From Camelus dromedarius (Eukaryota): DNA of 64,000 nucleotides. Positions 41,603 through 54,115 of the stretch are shown in pieces (within the stretch, counting starts at the first letter, position 1; every line of letters starts with the position of its first letter). The stretch spans positions 66,528,001 to 66,592,000 of the forward strand of contig NC_087437.1 of assembly GCF_036321535.1 (NCBI RefSeq), written 5' to 3'. A program made the position numbers and the translations under genes. The notes beneath the pieces were generated by a model, which did not search any database, had not been told where the DNA came from, and saw only the letters and a program-made list of their open reading frames with translations.

Positions 41603-43201
41603 CACCTATGGTAGAGATTAAATGATGGTTCACAAACTCAACAGTCCTATATATTTGGAAAGCATTGGAGCTGAAGATTATGTTGCCATTTCAATTGAAT
41701 ATTCATTCTAAGTGGGCACATTTTAAAAAATCAGGCTTCTCTATTAATAATTATCAGCACCAATAAAAGTTATTAGACAGTACTAAAAGGGAAAATAAAC
41801 TTGAACAATATTTTCTCTTTGTTTCTCTGCTTATTTAAGGTAAGAGAGATCTTTCTATGGAAAAAAAAAGTACTTCTAGATTCTTGGCAGCAACAGGCCA
41901 AAATAAAGCTTTTGGGGACCAATTTGTTTGAGTAAAAAGCATTTATGCCGTGTCTACCATGTGCTAAAACTACTGTTGGGGGAACCAAAATGAGTATGAC
42001 AAGAGGACCACACACCTTCTAGGAAGTCCCAATATCTATTTATGACAACATGACTGTTTTTCTTAAAAGCAAGGAAGTGACCTAAACCCTAAGAATAAAA
42101 CTTTCCACACTACCTAAAAGTGTAGTGAGAGAGGATATTAAATAATTAAATTCAATTTCTACCCCATAAAGCAGTGTTTTCCAAACTGCATGTAGCAAGA
42201 TGCAACCAGCAGTTTTCCTTGGTCCTCAGGTGCAGATAACTGACTTAATTGTCCTTCTCTGTCCATGACACATTGTTGTCATTGGTCCCTGCAAGGACAC
42301 TTTATTTATTTCATTTATCTCCATTCTCTACCCTCACTTGCCTCTCCTTATAGGCATCCATTCTGTTTAAAGCAAATCATTTCACACATGTGTCCTTATG
42401 TATACGTGTGTTCTTGTACCCCTTCTTTAAATTTATGCAAATAGTATTAGGCTATGTAGCTATTCTCTTTCTGACTTTTCCCCACTATCTACACTATTTA
42501 AAGAATGTGTCCATGTTACTATGTGTACATGTTGTCAACTTCTTCTAATTTGGACCCTGTACTCCACATTTCCCTCTCCACCTCCCCAGCGATGAATGCC
42601 CAGATTGCCTCCAGTTCCCTGTTACATGAATATGCTGTGACAATGAACCCCATACATGTTCCTTTGTGGACTTGCTGGAAAGTTCTTTAGAATATAGATC
42701 CAGGAATAAAATTGCTGAGTCATAGGATATGCACCTATTCTTAAATCAACTGGATACTGCCTAACTGCCTTTGAAAATGGCAAGACCAGTCTGCATTCCC
42801 AGGGATTCCTGCATACTCACTGGTACTTGGCATTATCCAGTTTTCTAATTTCAGTCTAATGGGTATAAGGTGATAACCTCTTTGTTTTATTTTCCATTTT
42901 TATGACTGTACTCTTGAAACATCTCTTTTTGTGCATGTTGACCTTGAGTTTTCTCTTCTATGTATTCTACACATTCTCCTCTCTTAAATAAGCAGAGAAA
43001 CAAACAAAAAATGAATATTTCTGCTTCTATATATTGTCTGTTCACATCTCTTCTCTATTTTTCTACTGGGGTTGCAATTCTCTTATTGTTACTTTCTACA
43101 ATTTCCTTAAATATTCTAGACATTAATCCTTTGTTGGATTTAGATATTTCAAATACCTTTTATCATTTTGTCATCTATTTGTTAACTTTGTCTACAGTAT
43201 C

Positions 43202-44055
43202 TGTTACAGGACACTGAGGCATATTAAAAATTTTAAGAGTTTATTTAAGCAAAAATTGATTCTAACCAGACAGCACCACACCAGAAGTGGTTAGGAAAGT
43301 TTCATCAATAAGAGGCTTTTATAGAAAAAGGTTGGAGACCGGAAAGCCTAGTTAGCAGCTTGTGATAGGTTGCCTTTAGCATTTTGATTTTGTAACCTTG
43401 AGGCATTGATAGGCTTAAATTTTGGTTTGCTTATGTAGGTTGCAATGGCATTAGGGCCACCTCAGTCTAATGGCCTCCTTATTTTGTTACAGATCCCCAA
43501 TGTGTTGGCGACCCCCTCAATGGGTCTTTTGCCCAGAGTCACAAATGCCAATCAAATGAAACTGTGTTTAGTATAGCAGATTAGAAAGTGTATTAACTGA
43601 TCAAGGGATACAGAAAAGAGAGCTCACACTCTAAGTATACCTTCTCCCCCGGGGGGGGGGGGGGGGGGAGTAAAGGAATTTTAAAGGGTCAAGAGCTCTA
43701 GGAAAGGGGCGAAGATTTCCAGGGGCAGCTGGGGCATGTGCAGTCTTCCATGCTTCTTTGCACACTGCATGAATTGTGCCTAGCAAAGTGCAAGTCTCTC
43801 CCCGGGTAGAGACTGAGCATAGTAATGCAGCAAAGGTAACTTTTGGACTCTTCCAGGCTTCATCTGCACAGAAACTGTTCCTGTGGTCAAGTCAGAGCCG
43901 ATTCAGGTTGGTTGACCATTGCACATCTGTTGAAGCACAGCTGTAAAACATTTTTGCAAATACTAGGTGCTTTGAAATCAACACAAAGATAAATCAAGGC
44001 AAGGATCCTTTAGCTCGCAGAGGCAGGTATGGGTGACAGTTTAATTAACTTAATA
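43202..44055. mobile_element. LTR containing a second nested solo LTR (43485-44038), all within an old L1
   Basis: Outer TGTTAC...TAATA with TATC/CATC flanks; inner TGTTAC...GTGACA with ATTT/GTTT flanks. Confidence 0.75.
43651..43668 (+). repeat. G18 homopolymer preceded by C5
   Basis: Directly visible. Confidence 0.95.
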
Positions 44056-45229
44056 CATCCTTTGTAAATCCTCAAGCCTTTATTTTCATGAAATTAACTT
44101 CATCAGTTTTTTAACTTACAATTTGTGCTTTTGAAATGTTGTCAAATAGGTTGTTCCCCATCCCTTGGTATAAAGATAATTTCCTCTACTCTCTTCTATT
44201 TATTTTTTTTCCAGTTTGTTTTCTTTTCCCCATTGATTTGTTGAACTGTGTTTATTACATATTACATTTCCAAGTGATGTTGATATTGCTAGTTCAAGAA
44301 GCACTGTTTGAGTAGCAAGATATTGAACAATGGGAGTGAACAGCTAGTTGAAAGAACTAATAATAGTGGATAAGGGTGAATTTAGGAGAATGTAAGGGCA
44401 GTGTGTTGTATTGTTAAACATAGCAATCCAAAATGAAGTAAAAAATCATGCTTATCAGTAGTTTTTAGATGACAAAATGGGGACAGTCTTAGTAACTTGG
44501 AAGATACACAGCACCAGTTCACAGACGCACCTCAGGATTCCCTGAGCTAAATCTCTGAAATACAAAAGCAGACTTCCTAGATGATACTGAAAGTTTGATT
44601 ACCCCTAATATCTATCCCTAGGCAGCTATTTAAACAATGTCCAGAAGTCCTGATTTAAAAAATAAGTTTATTCTTCCTCCAAAAATTCTCTGCAGGAAAA
44701 AACCCAGTGGTTATATCCTTTCTATTGCGAATAACGTAGGCACCAATCTACTTAGCTACCTAGGTAGGTAGGTAGGTATTAACTGAATTTGAGAAATGAC
44801 AAGGAAAGGCACTTTTCAGATTTACTAACCAGTATATTTGTCCAATGATTGGACATTCCCTACTGAAATCAATCAGTTGGAGGGAGCTATAAACACCAAT
44901 TAGCTGAGGATTTAAAGCGTGTGGGATGAGGCATGAATAGTTGGGGAATACCCCCTCTCCCCCAAAACTTGTAGATTGGAGAGTTTAAAAGTCTTCGCTA
45001 CTCTTTAAACTGGATCAGCGATGGAGGGGAGGGGGGACAATAAGAAGGCAGATAATGTGGAGCATAAAACATGGGAAACGAATCTGTTACTCAAGAGGAA
45101 CTGACTTTCACCAGTGGTTTCTCTTCTTCAGCGTGGGCAAGTCATTTCACCTTCTTGGGCTTCGGTTTTTGACATTCGTAGTGGGCGTAGGGTGCGAGAT
45201 CTCTGAGCTGCCTTACTTACTTTCATTCT

Positions 45230-45790
45230 TCGCTGATTTCCAAGCCTGCCGCACTTCCGTCTCGCCTCTGCTTCTGCGCCGGAATCGCCCCCGGCTTAGT
45301 ACCGAACGTAGCCTCTTCCGCGCACGCGCGCTTTTTCCCAGTCCCTTCTTTTCCTCTCTTCCGCCCCATTTGTCAGAGGGAGGCAGGACTTCCTGTTTTT
45401 TGGAGTCCCTGTTGGAAGTGACTGCAGGCGAATCGGCAATTACCGAGAGTTCAGGGTGTGCTAGTTGCTGCTTTCGGCGCCAAAAATGCCGGGTCTGGCG
45501 GCCGCCAGCCCTGCCCCGTCTGAGTCGCAGGAGAAGAAGCCGCTGAAGCCCTGCTGCGCCTGCCCGGAAACCAAGAAGGCTCGCGATGCGTGGTCAGTGC
45601 GCAGTTGGGGAGGGGGCGGCCGCAGGCTCCGCGCGCTGCCTCGGGCGCCTCTGCCCCGCGACCTCGCTTTGCCGTGCGGTGCCGTTGAGGGTTAGAGGGC
45701 CCGCTAGGCTTCGCAGTCGGCTGTCTGTTGAGTGAGTCCCTAGCTCAGTCCAGGAGAGAGGTCAGATTGGTTCGGGCTCGCGTCATCCAC
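45230..45790 (+). promoter_or_regulatory. COX17 CpG-island promoter with ETS/GABP and NRF1-like sites
   Basis: CACTTCCG 45252, CCGGAA 45279, CTTCCG 45315 and 45358, ACTTCCT 45388, GGAAGTG 45414; GCGCACGCGC 45320-45329; typical of nuclear-encoded mitochondrial genes. Confidence 0.8.
45486..45592 (+). CDS. COX17: COX17 cytochrome c oxidase copper chaperone, coding exon 1
   Basis: ATG 45486; [35 protein letters not shown](C); donor TG|GTCAGT; 107 nt. Confidence 0.98.
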
Positions 45791-47412
45791 TCATTCCTTC
45801 CTGCAAAGGGTTTTTTTGAGCATCTGTTACGGGTCAAGTAATGCCTTAGGTAGGAATGGGTAAAGATGCTACTTGATTTAGAGATGCTTGAAGTTAATGG
45901 AGGCATATACCAATGATTGCTATACCACGTGGTATGGACTATGATACAAGATTTAGCAAGATCAAAGAGTGAAAGTTTTCTGTTAATCTCTCCCCAAATT
46001 TAAACATAGTAGGACACGGGGTACGTTTCTTAACAATACAGAAGACCCCCTCTACAACTCCCTCCTTTATGTAGATGAGTTAAAAATCAACCAGGCTATG
46101 ACGTAGGTGACTTTATAGTGTTCAGAACAGTACATCTAGGTTACCATCAACCCGCAAAAGGTTTTTTCTTACTATATATAGTCTCTTATGTGAAACAAAT
46201 CTTAGAAGGAATCTTCAGATAATGTGAATGTACTTTCTCCAGCCCCTTTTTGTCCTCACATAAAAAGTAAAGAAATCGTAAGTGACATAGTGGGGGAATA
46301 AGAGTTGTGAGAGCTCAGTCCTTTTTATTAATATTCAATACTTTGCAATAACACTCTGAAGGGAGAACTGAGACTAAAATCTGATATTATGCTTCCACAG
46401 TGACAGTAAGTGCTTACTGAACCTTTATATAGTATCGTATCATGATTAAGAGCCTGGGATCCAGTGTCAAGGTTTGAAACCCGGTCCACCAACTTTGTGA
46501 CCTTGAGCAAATTATTGAACATATCTGCCTCATGTCTATAAAATGGGCCTAATAACAGTAGTGCCTCCAGGATTACTGTAAAGCTTACTACTGTAAGCAA
46601 CATCACGTGCCTAGCACAGTGTTTACAGCCTTCAATAAATGATCAGGGAGGGCCAGCTGTTTTCATAAGGAGCTTGCTATCCCAGGCAGACAGCCCTTGA
46701 GCTGTTGAAGGATGTGTAAGTTTTAGACGGAAGGAAAACCTACCCTTTAACTACTTCTGCATCAATTGCCTCTCACCACTGTGGCTTCTCCCCAAATATC
46801 TATATTCAGGAGTCGGTATTTTCTTGTAATTGAATCCGGCTTAACTTGATTCTTTGATAAAACTACATTTTCAGGCCCCAGAAATAAGTCTTTCCTTTGT
46901 AAATTTTATAAGTAAAAAGTTCTTTGATCATCATGAGTGGGGCTCATCAGGCTGCTCTTGGCTGCCAGGTGTTTTTTGCTATTTGTGTTGGGAGTCTTGG
47001 GATTAAAAGTAGAATTATTTAGGTGTATTTGAATGTAGGGCAGAGTCAGAAATTTAATTCCTCTATGATAGGCAAAAAATTAAGCTCTTCTTTCTGTTCT
47101 TCATTTAACGTTAATCTTTTATTCAGTCTATTTCATTATATAGCAGTATTATTCCTTGGATATTGTCTAGAGCTAATATTTGATATGCATAATTATTTCT
47201 TCTAATCAGACCCCTCCTTACCCCCCCCCCCCAACTAGTTTTCTGTGGAACATCTTCTTGGGCAAGGAAATATCAGAAGAGCCAATAAAAACAAAGCCAT
47301 TTGGTATAATAGCATTTTTTAAAACTCAGCTACATTCCATCAGACCCATCATTCCTCATCACTCTCATGCATGCTTATTTGCTACTAATGTGCTTAATGC
47401 CTATCAGGTTTG

Positions 47413-47460
47413 TTTGTTAGATGACAAGTACCTTTTGTTAGATGACAAGTACCTTTTGTT
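47413..47460 (+). repeat. Perfect 21-nt tandem duplication (2.3 copies)
   Basis: TTTGTTAGATGACAAGTACCT x2 + TTTGTT immediately before the COX17 exon 2 acceptor. Confidence 0.97.
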
Positions 47461-47466
47461 TTATAG

Positions 47467-47551
47467 CATCATTGAGAAAGGAGAAGAGCACTGTGGACAC
47501 CTAATTGAGGCCCACAAGGAGTGCATGAGAGCCCTGGGATTTAAGATATGA
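47467..47551 (+). CDS. COX17: COX17 coding exon 2 (exon extends to 47555)
   Basis: TAG acceptor; (C)[27 protein letters not shown]; total 63 aa with Cu-binding C23/C24 and twin CX9C (C26-C36, C45-C55); GTGAG donor 4 nt after the stop. Confidence 0.98.
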
Positions 47552-48284
47552 AATGGTGAGCATGGTACTTTCTGATTGGGAAGGTGGTAACATAAGCTAA
47601 TTGCTTCAACTCTCTGTATTGCTTTACAGATTTAGAAGTCACTGGGCAGCATTCTGTCTGAAAGGTCATTCACTTGGCTAATCTAACATGCTTAAGTATC
47701 ACTAAAAAAATAACTTCAGTTTCTAATGTAGGGAGGAAGGGATGCTAATAAATTGAGAGGTGTTCAGTGGATTTGGGAAGGGGAGAATTTAGCTTTCAAG
47801 AAACAGCTTGACAAAAGTTTTGAGTTATGTTAGAGACAGAAGGAATCATGGGTTAGGAAGTTCAAAATATTCAGTGGTCTGACTTAAAGGAACTAAAAGG
47901 GCAGTGGCCTCTTTTTTTGTTTATAATTCTGTGCTTCAGTAAGTCCTTTTAAATATGGAATAGGCAGCTCATGGAAGCATTGCTTTCTGCAAAACAAAAT
48001 GGAATTGTTGCTATTTCTTTTGTATCACGCTTTATTCTAATAACTTCAGACCATTTTTTGAGGAACTTTGAATTCAAACTTTAATGCTAAAAGGGACCTT
48101 AAGTGATGTGTATACAACAGTACCACAAATAAACGATTTTCTTTTGTTTGGAACCTCTAACTTCGTGTAGCAACTTGACTCTCTCCCTCAGTTCATTCAG
48201 GTCTCTTCTCAAGTCTCCAAATTAGAGAGGCTTTCCCTCAACATTCCACCTGAAAGAGCACCCCTTCCCTGTCCCTCGGTCCCA

Positions 48285-48460
48285 GCACTGTCCAGTAGAG
48301 CTTTCCCTGCTAAAATGCCCCACGCTGTGCTCTGCAGTAGGTGGCACTAGCCATGGTGGCTCCGGAGCCCTTGAAGTGTGGCTGGTAAAACTGAGGGACT
48401 GAGTTTTTTGTTTTATTTAATTTTCATTTTTAATAGCCACATGTGGCTAGTGGTTACTCT
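48285..48460. mobile_element. MER3-like DNA transposon relic flanked by L2/MIR sequence
   Basis: CAGCACTGTCCAGTAGA start, CACTAGCCA, ATAGCCACATGTGGCTAGTGG. Confidence 0.65.
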
Positions 48461-51400
48461 ACACCATTGCCTGCATGTTTTATATTTATTTTATCATCTG
48501 CATTGCTTTACTCCAACTAGAATGTAAGTTCTGAGATAGTAGGAATTTTCTATTTCACTCACTGTTATATCTCCAGGACCTGCAACAGTGCCTGGCACGT
48601 AATAGGTGCTCAATAGGACGTTGTTAATTACATAAATAAGTAAATGAGGAAACTGAGTCCTAGAGGTGTGAAGTGACTCCCGAGGTGGGTAAGCCAGGTT
48701 AGAACGGGAACCCGTGACCCCAGACAGACTCCCTCCGCTTGGTACCCCCACTCCCGGAGCACCCGCACCGCCCCACCACCTTGAACTTAGTAATAGCTGA
48801 GAGAGAATGCCAGAGCTGCACACCAGTGTGAGAGTAGCAGAGAGCCTGGCTTCTTTCCCTCTCACCTCTTTCCTGCCTCTTTGGAATTTCACATGTGACC
48901 CGTCTTCCTCACTGAGTGGTGAAAAAGGAGGGATAAGGAACCTGTCCCCAGCTGATAAGAAGTATCACTGCGTAGTGGAAAACAGTCTAGGCTGCAAGGC
49001 CTGAGGCTTCATGTTGGTCCTCCTGCTGTCTAGTTTAGCACGCGTTTAACTTCAGCTACATTTAACATTCATCAAGACATTAATCCTGTCTGGATTTCAC
49101 TTTTTCATTTATAAAAAGGAACTATAATTTGTGATTTTTATATGTGGTATGATAGATCTGTGTATACAAGATATACTTAAGTGTCTTTTAGATTAGATAG
49201 TTACTTAAAGAGATCCCAAGGTGAATCATTTTGTAAAACAAGTAAATATGGTTGTGGGGAGGTGGACTTAAAAAGTGTAAGTATTCCTACTGATTATTTC
49301 AGAGACATAGAATCTGAACATTTGTGCATGATTTCCTTGTTCCTAATCTAACTTTCTTCCTAAGCAGTTGTATAAGCTGTTGCTTAGGGTAGAGCCTGCC
49401 TTGATAAAAAGGGGAACTTTTTTTAAATGCTGATTTTAGGAGCATCAAAACTTTCTCTTGGACGTTATGTGGACCACAAAGGTGGTACAATTATTGATAC
49501 AAGTAGCATATATTCACCAGGACCAGAAGATAATCATGGTTTTCTTTATGTCGTTGGGACAGCGAGAGTGATTCCTAGGTACTTCATTTGTGTGTAAGTG
49601 AAAATGCAGGAGCTTTGGACTTAAAAGACCTGATATTTAACTGACTGTGTGGTCTAAGGCAAGTCATTAATTTTCTGAACTTTTGTTTCCTCACATGTAA
49701 AGGAGAGATAATAATACATGACTAAATTACTTCATAGAGTCATTATGATGATTAAATGATGTATGTATGAATTGGCTTTGTAAACTGTCAGAGAGAAACC
49801 AGAACAGAATAGCCATATCTTGGGAGTTATAGATAGCAGACATTCTATTTAAGTGTGTTTAATATATGTCCTGATCATGTATTTTTGAATCTTGTTTACA
49901 AAAAGAAGAAACCACCCAGGACCTTTCTAAGAATTCAAAATGTCATATCTTTATTTTCAGCATACTACTACTTTTGGAAAAGGAACAAGTGTTTGGACCT
50001 GCACTGGTCCCAGGTGTCCTATTTCCCCAACCCCCATGGGGAAATGGAGGGACTGTGAGGTCAAAAAAAAACTCGATCAAGTTTAGAACAGATAAGTGGT
50101 GGAGTTAAAACTAGAATCTAGATTTTTTAACTCTACAGATTGCAAGTGCTTTACATTTCATTCCTTGCACTTAATGAGATTTTATTGCCAACATATTCAT
50201 ATTTAGGATTACACATAGTCTTGAACTTCAATCCTAAAACTTTATTATGGATGCTAATTGCAAACACCTGTTGTTGAAATGCATAGATGTACGTAACCAG
50301 GTCAGTGGCTATAGGGTAAAATCCAACACTACTATTTACACTGTTACAAGATAAATTTAACTAAATTGATACCTCTTAGACTATTAGACAACATTTTTCT
50401 GAGGGTAGCTTCAAAGGAAGAAGATTTTGCGATCTTAGATCTTCCCAGTAATGATCATGAAAATTCCTTAATTCAAAAACCTCTGTAGATTTCAATATTA
50501 TTTTCTAAATAAGATAGATCTTAATTGTACCTTGAATCCAGTAAATTGGGCTTAATATGGAAGTAAGCTACATTCAGCCACAGGTCTACTTTATAATCAC
50601 CTGAGGAATGTTTTCAGATTTCACAGGCCTGGGTCGCACTCTGAACCTGTTGATTCAGAAACCCCTAGATAATTTTCAAGTGCCCTTTCTTTAAGAACCA
50701 CTGGCTTAAGCTGAAGAAGTAGCAGTGATAATGCTAAATATAAACTGTCTAAAGATTTAATAGGAGCAAAAGCAGAGACTGGAAAACTACTCCTAAGGAA
50801 AAATAGGTGTATGATGGTGGTGATTTTAGACACTTCTATATTATGACTGCTTCTTTTACTGAAAAAGAAACTAGAGGAACCTAGAACCTGCTTAGAAATG
50901 CAAAGAGGAAAGGGCAGCTAGTATCTTCTCCCTTTAGGAGCCAGGAGGAACCTGGAGAACCCAGTTGAGGGCTAAAATAATTGAAAGAAATTAAAGTACT
51001 GGCACTGAGTGGTGATGTGATACCCAGGCTATTTATTAAGTTTAATTGAATTTAATAGTTGGTTAAAGTATGCTTAAAATATGCTGATTTCACACACATG
51101 CACACACACACAACTGATGATGTATGAAAATACGATCTTGAGAGTCAAGGAAAAGGGTCATTACTGCTATTTGAACATTTGTTCGTTCAATAGATATCTA
51201 TTGTTTAAGGCTCTAGAAAATGCCAAGACGAGAAGAGACAGGGTCTCTTCTGTCAAGGACTTTATACCCAGAGGCTTTCAGCAGGTAGCCCCTCCTGACT
51301 TTAGTCAGTAACAAAAGAGCAATACTATAGAGTGCTGTTTTCTTGAAATGTTGAGTGCCTTCAGTTTTGGTTATCTTTAAATGTATTCTTTGAGCCTTTT

Positions 51401-52151
51401 AGAGGAGAGAGAATTTATATGTTTATGTTTATATTGTTGATGAGGCTTATCTTTTCTAAACCAAATGCAGGAAATAGCTAGGGTGAGGGGAGAATTTACA
51501 TTAGACTTGAAGAGATGGCTCCCCAAATTACTGTTACCTTTCTAGCATGTTGTTCCCGTCTTCTGGGACAGGGACTGGGGGTGGGGGTGGGTGCAAGCTG
51601 TCTGGAGAGAAGCCTGGTACTGACTGACTAGACCAGCAACCTTATCCTCTGCTACTCTTGTCTTTTTGATCTTTCCAAATGAATTTCAAAAGGGTTACCC
51701 TTACTTTGCCCTTGAGGTTGAGTGAGTAACTTTCCACAGGAAATGCCTCTTGTACAGAGCTGACCTTCTGCTCCACTTTGTGGATCTTTGCCAAACATAC
51801 TTGAATCAGTAGGGAGTGTTTGCAAGTCTCTTCTCTTGAATATCTTTAAAAATAAACTGCCCTAGCCTTTTGGGGGAGATATTTTTGAGAAAATAAATAA
51901 TTATGTAGTTTTTACTTCAACAAAGACTTCTAAAGATTAAACATTGTAATGGATTGAAGTTTCTGTGATGTTTTTAGTTAAAACTAGAATTTTAAAATGC
52001 AGATCTTTTTCAAGACTGGTTTAGAATGATTGTGGCAGTTAGTTAATAGTACTTGGCTGAGGCATTCATTTCTAGTATCATAATTCACTGACTCCATAGG
52101 TCTGGCATTATGCGTGAAACCTGACTTTCTAAAATATGTGTTTTTCTCTAG

Positions 52152-52275
52152 GTGGTCTGCTCTGAGAATGAATGATTCCTGAAAAATGAAGATTCAGTAA
52201 CTTTGGGAGTTCTTTGAACTTTGATAAATAAAAAAGTATTTATAATTCATTAAAAAAAAATATCCCTGGTCAGAA
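52152..52275 (+). other. COX17: COX17 non-coding last exon (3' UTR)
   Basis: Pyrimidine tract + TAG acceptor at 52149-52151; sequence resembles the recalled mammalian COX17 3'UTR; AATAAA 52227-52232, ATTAAA 52249-52254, GU-rich tract at ~52283-52300; 3' end approximate. Confidence 0.8.
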
Positions 52276-52344
52276 ATCTTCAGGTGTGTTTCTTTTTGTG
52301 TTCCTCACATCCTCATGTGGCGTTTATTTATTTATTTGTCTTAA

Positions 52345-52679
52345 AGGATATCCATGGGTTCCGCATCTGCAGGTTCAACCAACCTTGGATCAAAAATGTC
52401 TGTGGAGGGGATTCCAGAAAGTTCCAAAGAGTAAAACTTGAGTTTGCTGCTTTCTCCACTATTTGCAAATCATTTACATTGTATTTACAACTATTAACAT
52501 AACACTTACATTGTATTAGGTATAAGGAATCTAGAGATGGTTTAAAGTATATGGGAGGATGTGCTTAGGTTATATAGAAATATCACGCCATTTTATATAA
52601 GTGACTTGAGCAAGCGCAGATTTTGGTATTTACAGGGGATCCTGGAACCAATCGCCTAGAGTACCGAGAGACATCTGTA
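52345..52679. mobile_element. MER2-like (Tigger) DNA transposon relic
   Basis: GGTTCCGCATCTGCAGGTTCAACCAACC...GGATCCTGGAACCAATC...CTGTA. Confidence 0.8.
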
Positions 52680-54115
52680 GTATAAACAAATCTTATAATA
52701 CAAATTTCTTATGTTCTTGTGTCATTCTGAGAACTCGGGATATTTTTTTAAGGAGAAAGAAGATAACTGATCTCATCCAATGAAATCTTAGGTATGTGGA
52801 AGTAAGAAAATAACCCTTTATCAATTTAGAATGAATATGTAGTCAAATCATCTCATTCAAGGTTTTGTTTTTTATTTTTAACTTTCTTAAAGGCAAGAAC
52901 TGGACAAGCCTTCCATTTTAATATTTTAAATCATTATTGTTGTTCTTTACTAGTTCTGTCTTTTGGGAAAGTAATTTGTTTAGATTTTGAACCACATCAG
53001 GGTGCCTTGGCTTGGAAGATCTCAACCGTCTGGCATGATTAATGTGTAGATGGTTACACACCATAAGTTTAATGCCTAGGGGCCAAACAGTTCTCATTAA
53101 TTAGAAGCTGGCCCAGGCCAGAGGCTGGATTTGTACAAATAAGTCACTAATAGCTCAACGCTATGCTGTAGTGACACCTGGAGTAGAACATACAGTGTGG
53201 TTCACTTACTGTGCAACCCTGTGGTCCTATTAGCTGCGGATAGGCTAGGAGGCAATTGGTTGTATTCTGTCTTTAAGTAAATTGAGTTTTAAATCTCATC
53301 AACAAAAGCGACTGAGGAACATAAACAAGAGAATTATGTAGGGTTCATGTGTTATTGTATGATTGGAACACTGCCTCTTTTAAAGGAGCTGAACTAAATT
53401 ATTTCTTAGGATTCCTTCCTAGTTAACAGCACGGCTTTGAGGTGTGACACAGCAGCTGGCTGTTTGATCCCAAGCAGATCAGCCCCTCTGGGTCTGCTTT
53501 TCTCATCTAGAAAAACTGGGATAGTAGTAATGCCTAACTTACAACATGGTGAGTATTCATTAAAATGGTGTACATAAAGCATTTGGCACAGTTTCTAGCA
53601 TTTAATATTAACATTAACTAATTCTTTGATTCTATATTCTTATTTTCACTTTAATATTTATTTGGATATGGTTTAGTTTAGTAAGCACTTTATAGTTTTC
53701 AGAGCATTTTTCTAGGGTGAAGAATAGAATCTCCCTAAGACAGATGATACAAACCACCCTCCCACCCAATACAAATCCCTGGCAGATGGTTATCTAGATT
53801 CTGCTTGAATATGTCCTGGGACTACAAAAAGGAAAGAAAAAATCCCTAACCTTATCACCCAATGTTAATTTTTGATGTATGTTTTTCCAGACTTCTCTTA
53901 TGCATTTATACGCTTTTTAAAACAAAAAATAATTATCATTTTTCTATGCTTCATATTTTTAATGAGATCATAATTGCCTTTTCCTTTAATATATTTTACC
54001 ACCTGTGAGTACAGTTCTATAGTCTGCTTTGTATTGGCTGTGTGTAAATGCATTCCATGGCTTATTATAATTTAACCAATTCCTTATCTGTACATTCAGT
54101 CACTAATCAAATGTT

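Noticed and set aside
45055..45546. 163-aa ORF across the COX17 promoter
   Set aside because: Starts upstream of the likely TSS, includes MIR-like and CpG-island sequence, and is out of frame with COX17; no recognisable protein.
45230..45700. Metal-response elements in the COX17 promoter
   Set aside because: The plus-strand TGCGC cores I checked (45275, 45555, 45598) do not complete the TGCRCNC consensus.
47180..47466. N-terminal extension of the 123-aa ORF ending in COX17 exon 2
   Set aside because: Intronic read-through starting at a non-ATG codon; the LLDDKY repeat just reflects the 21-nt duplication.
47549..47560. Intron downstream of the COX17 stop codon as an NMD trigger
   Set aside because: The junction is only 4 nt after the stop, well inside the ~50-nt rule, and this layout is the normal COX17 structure.
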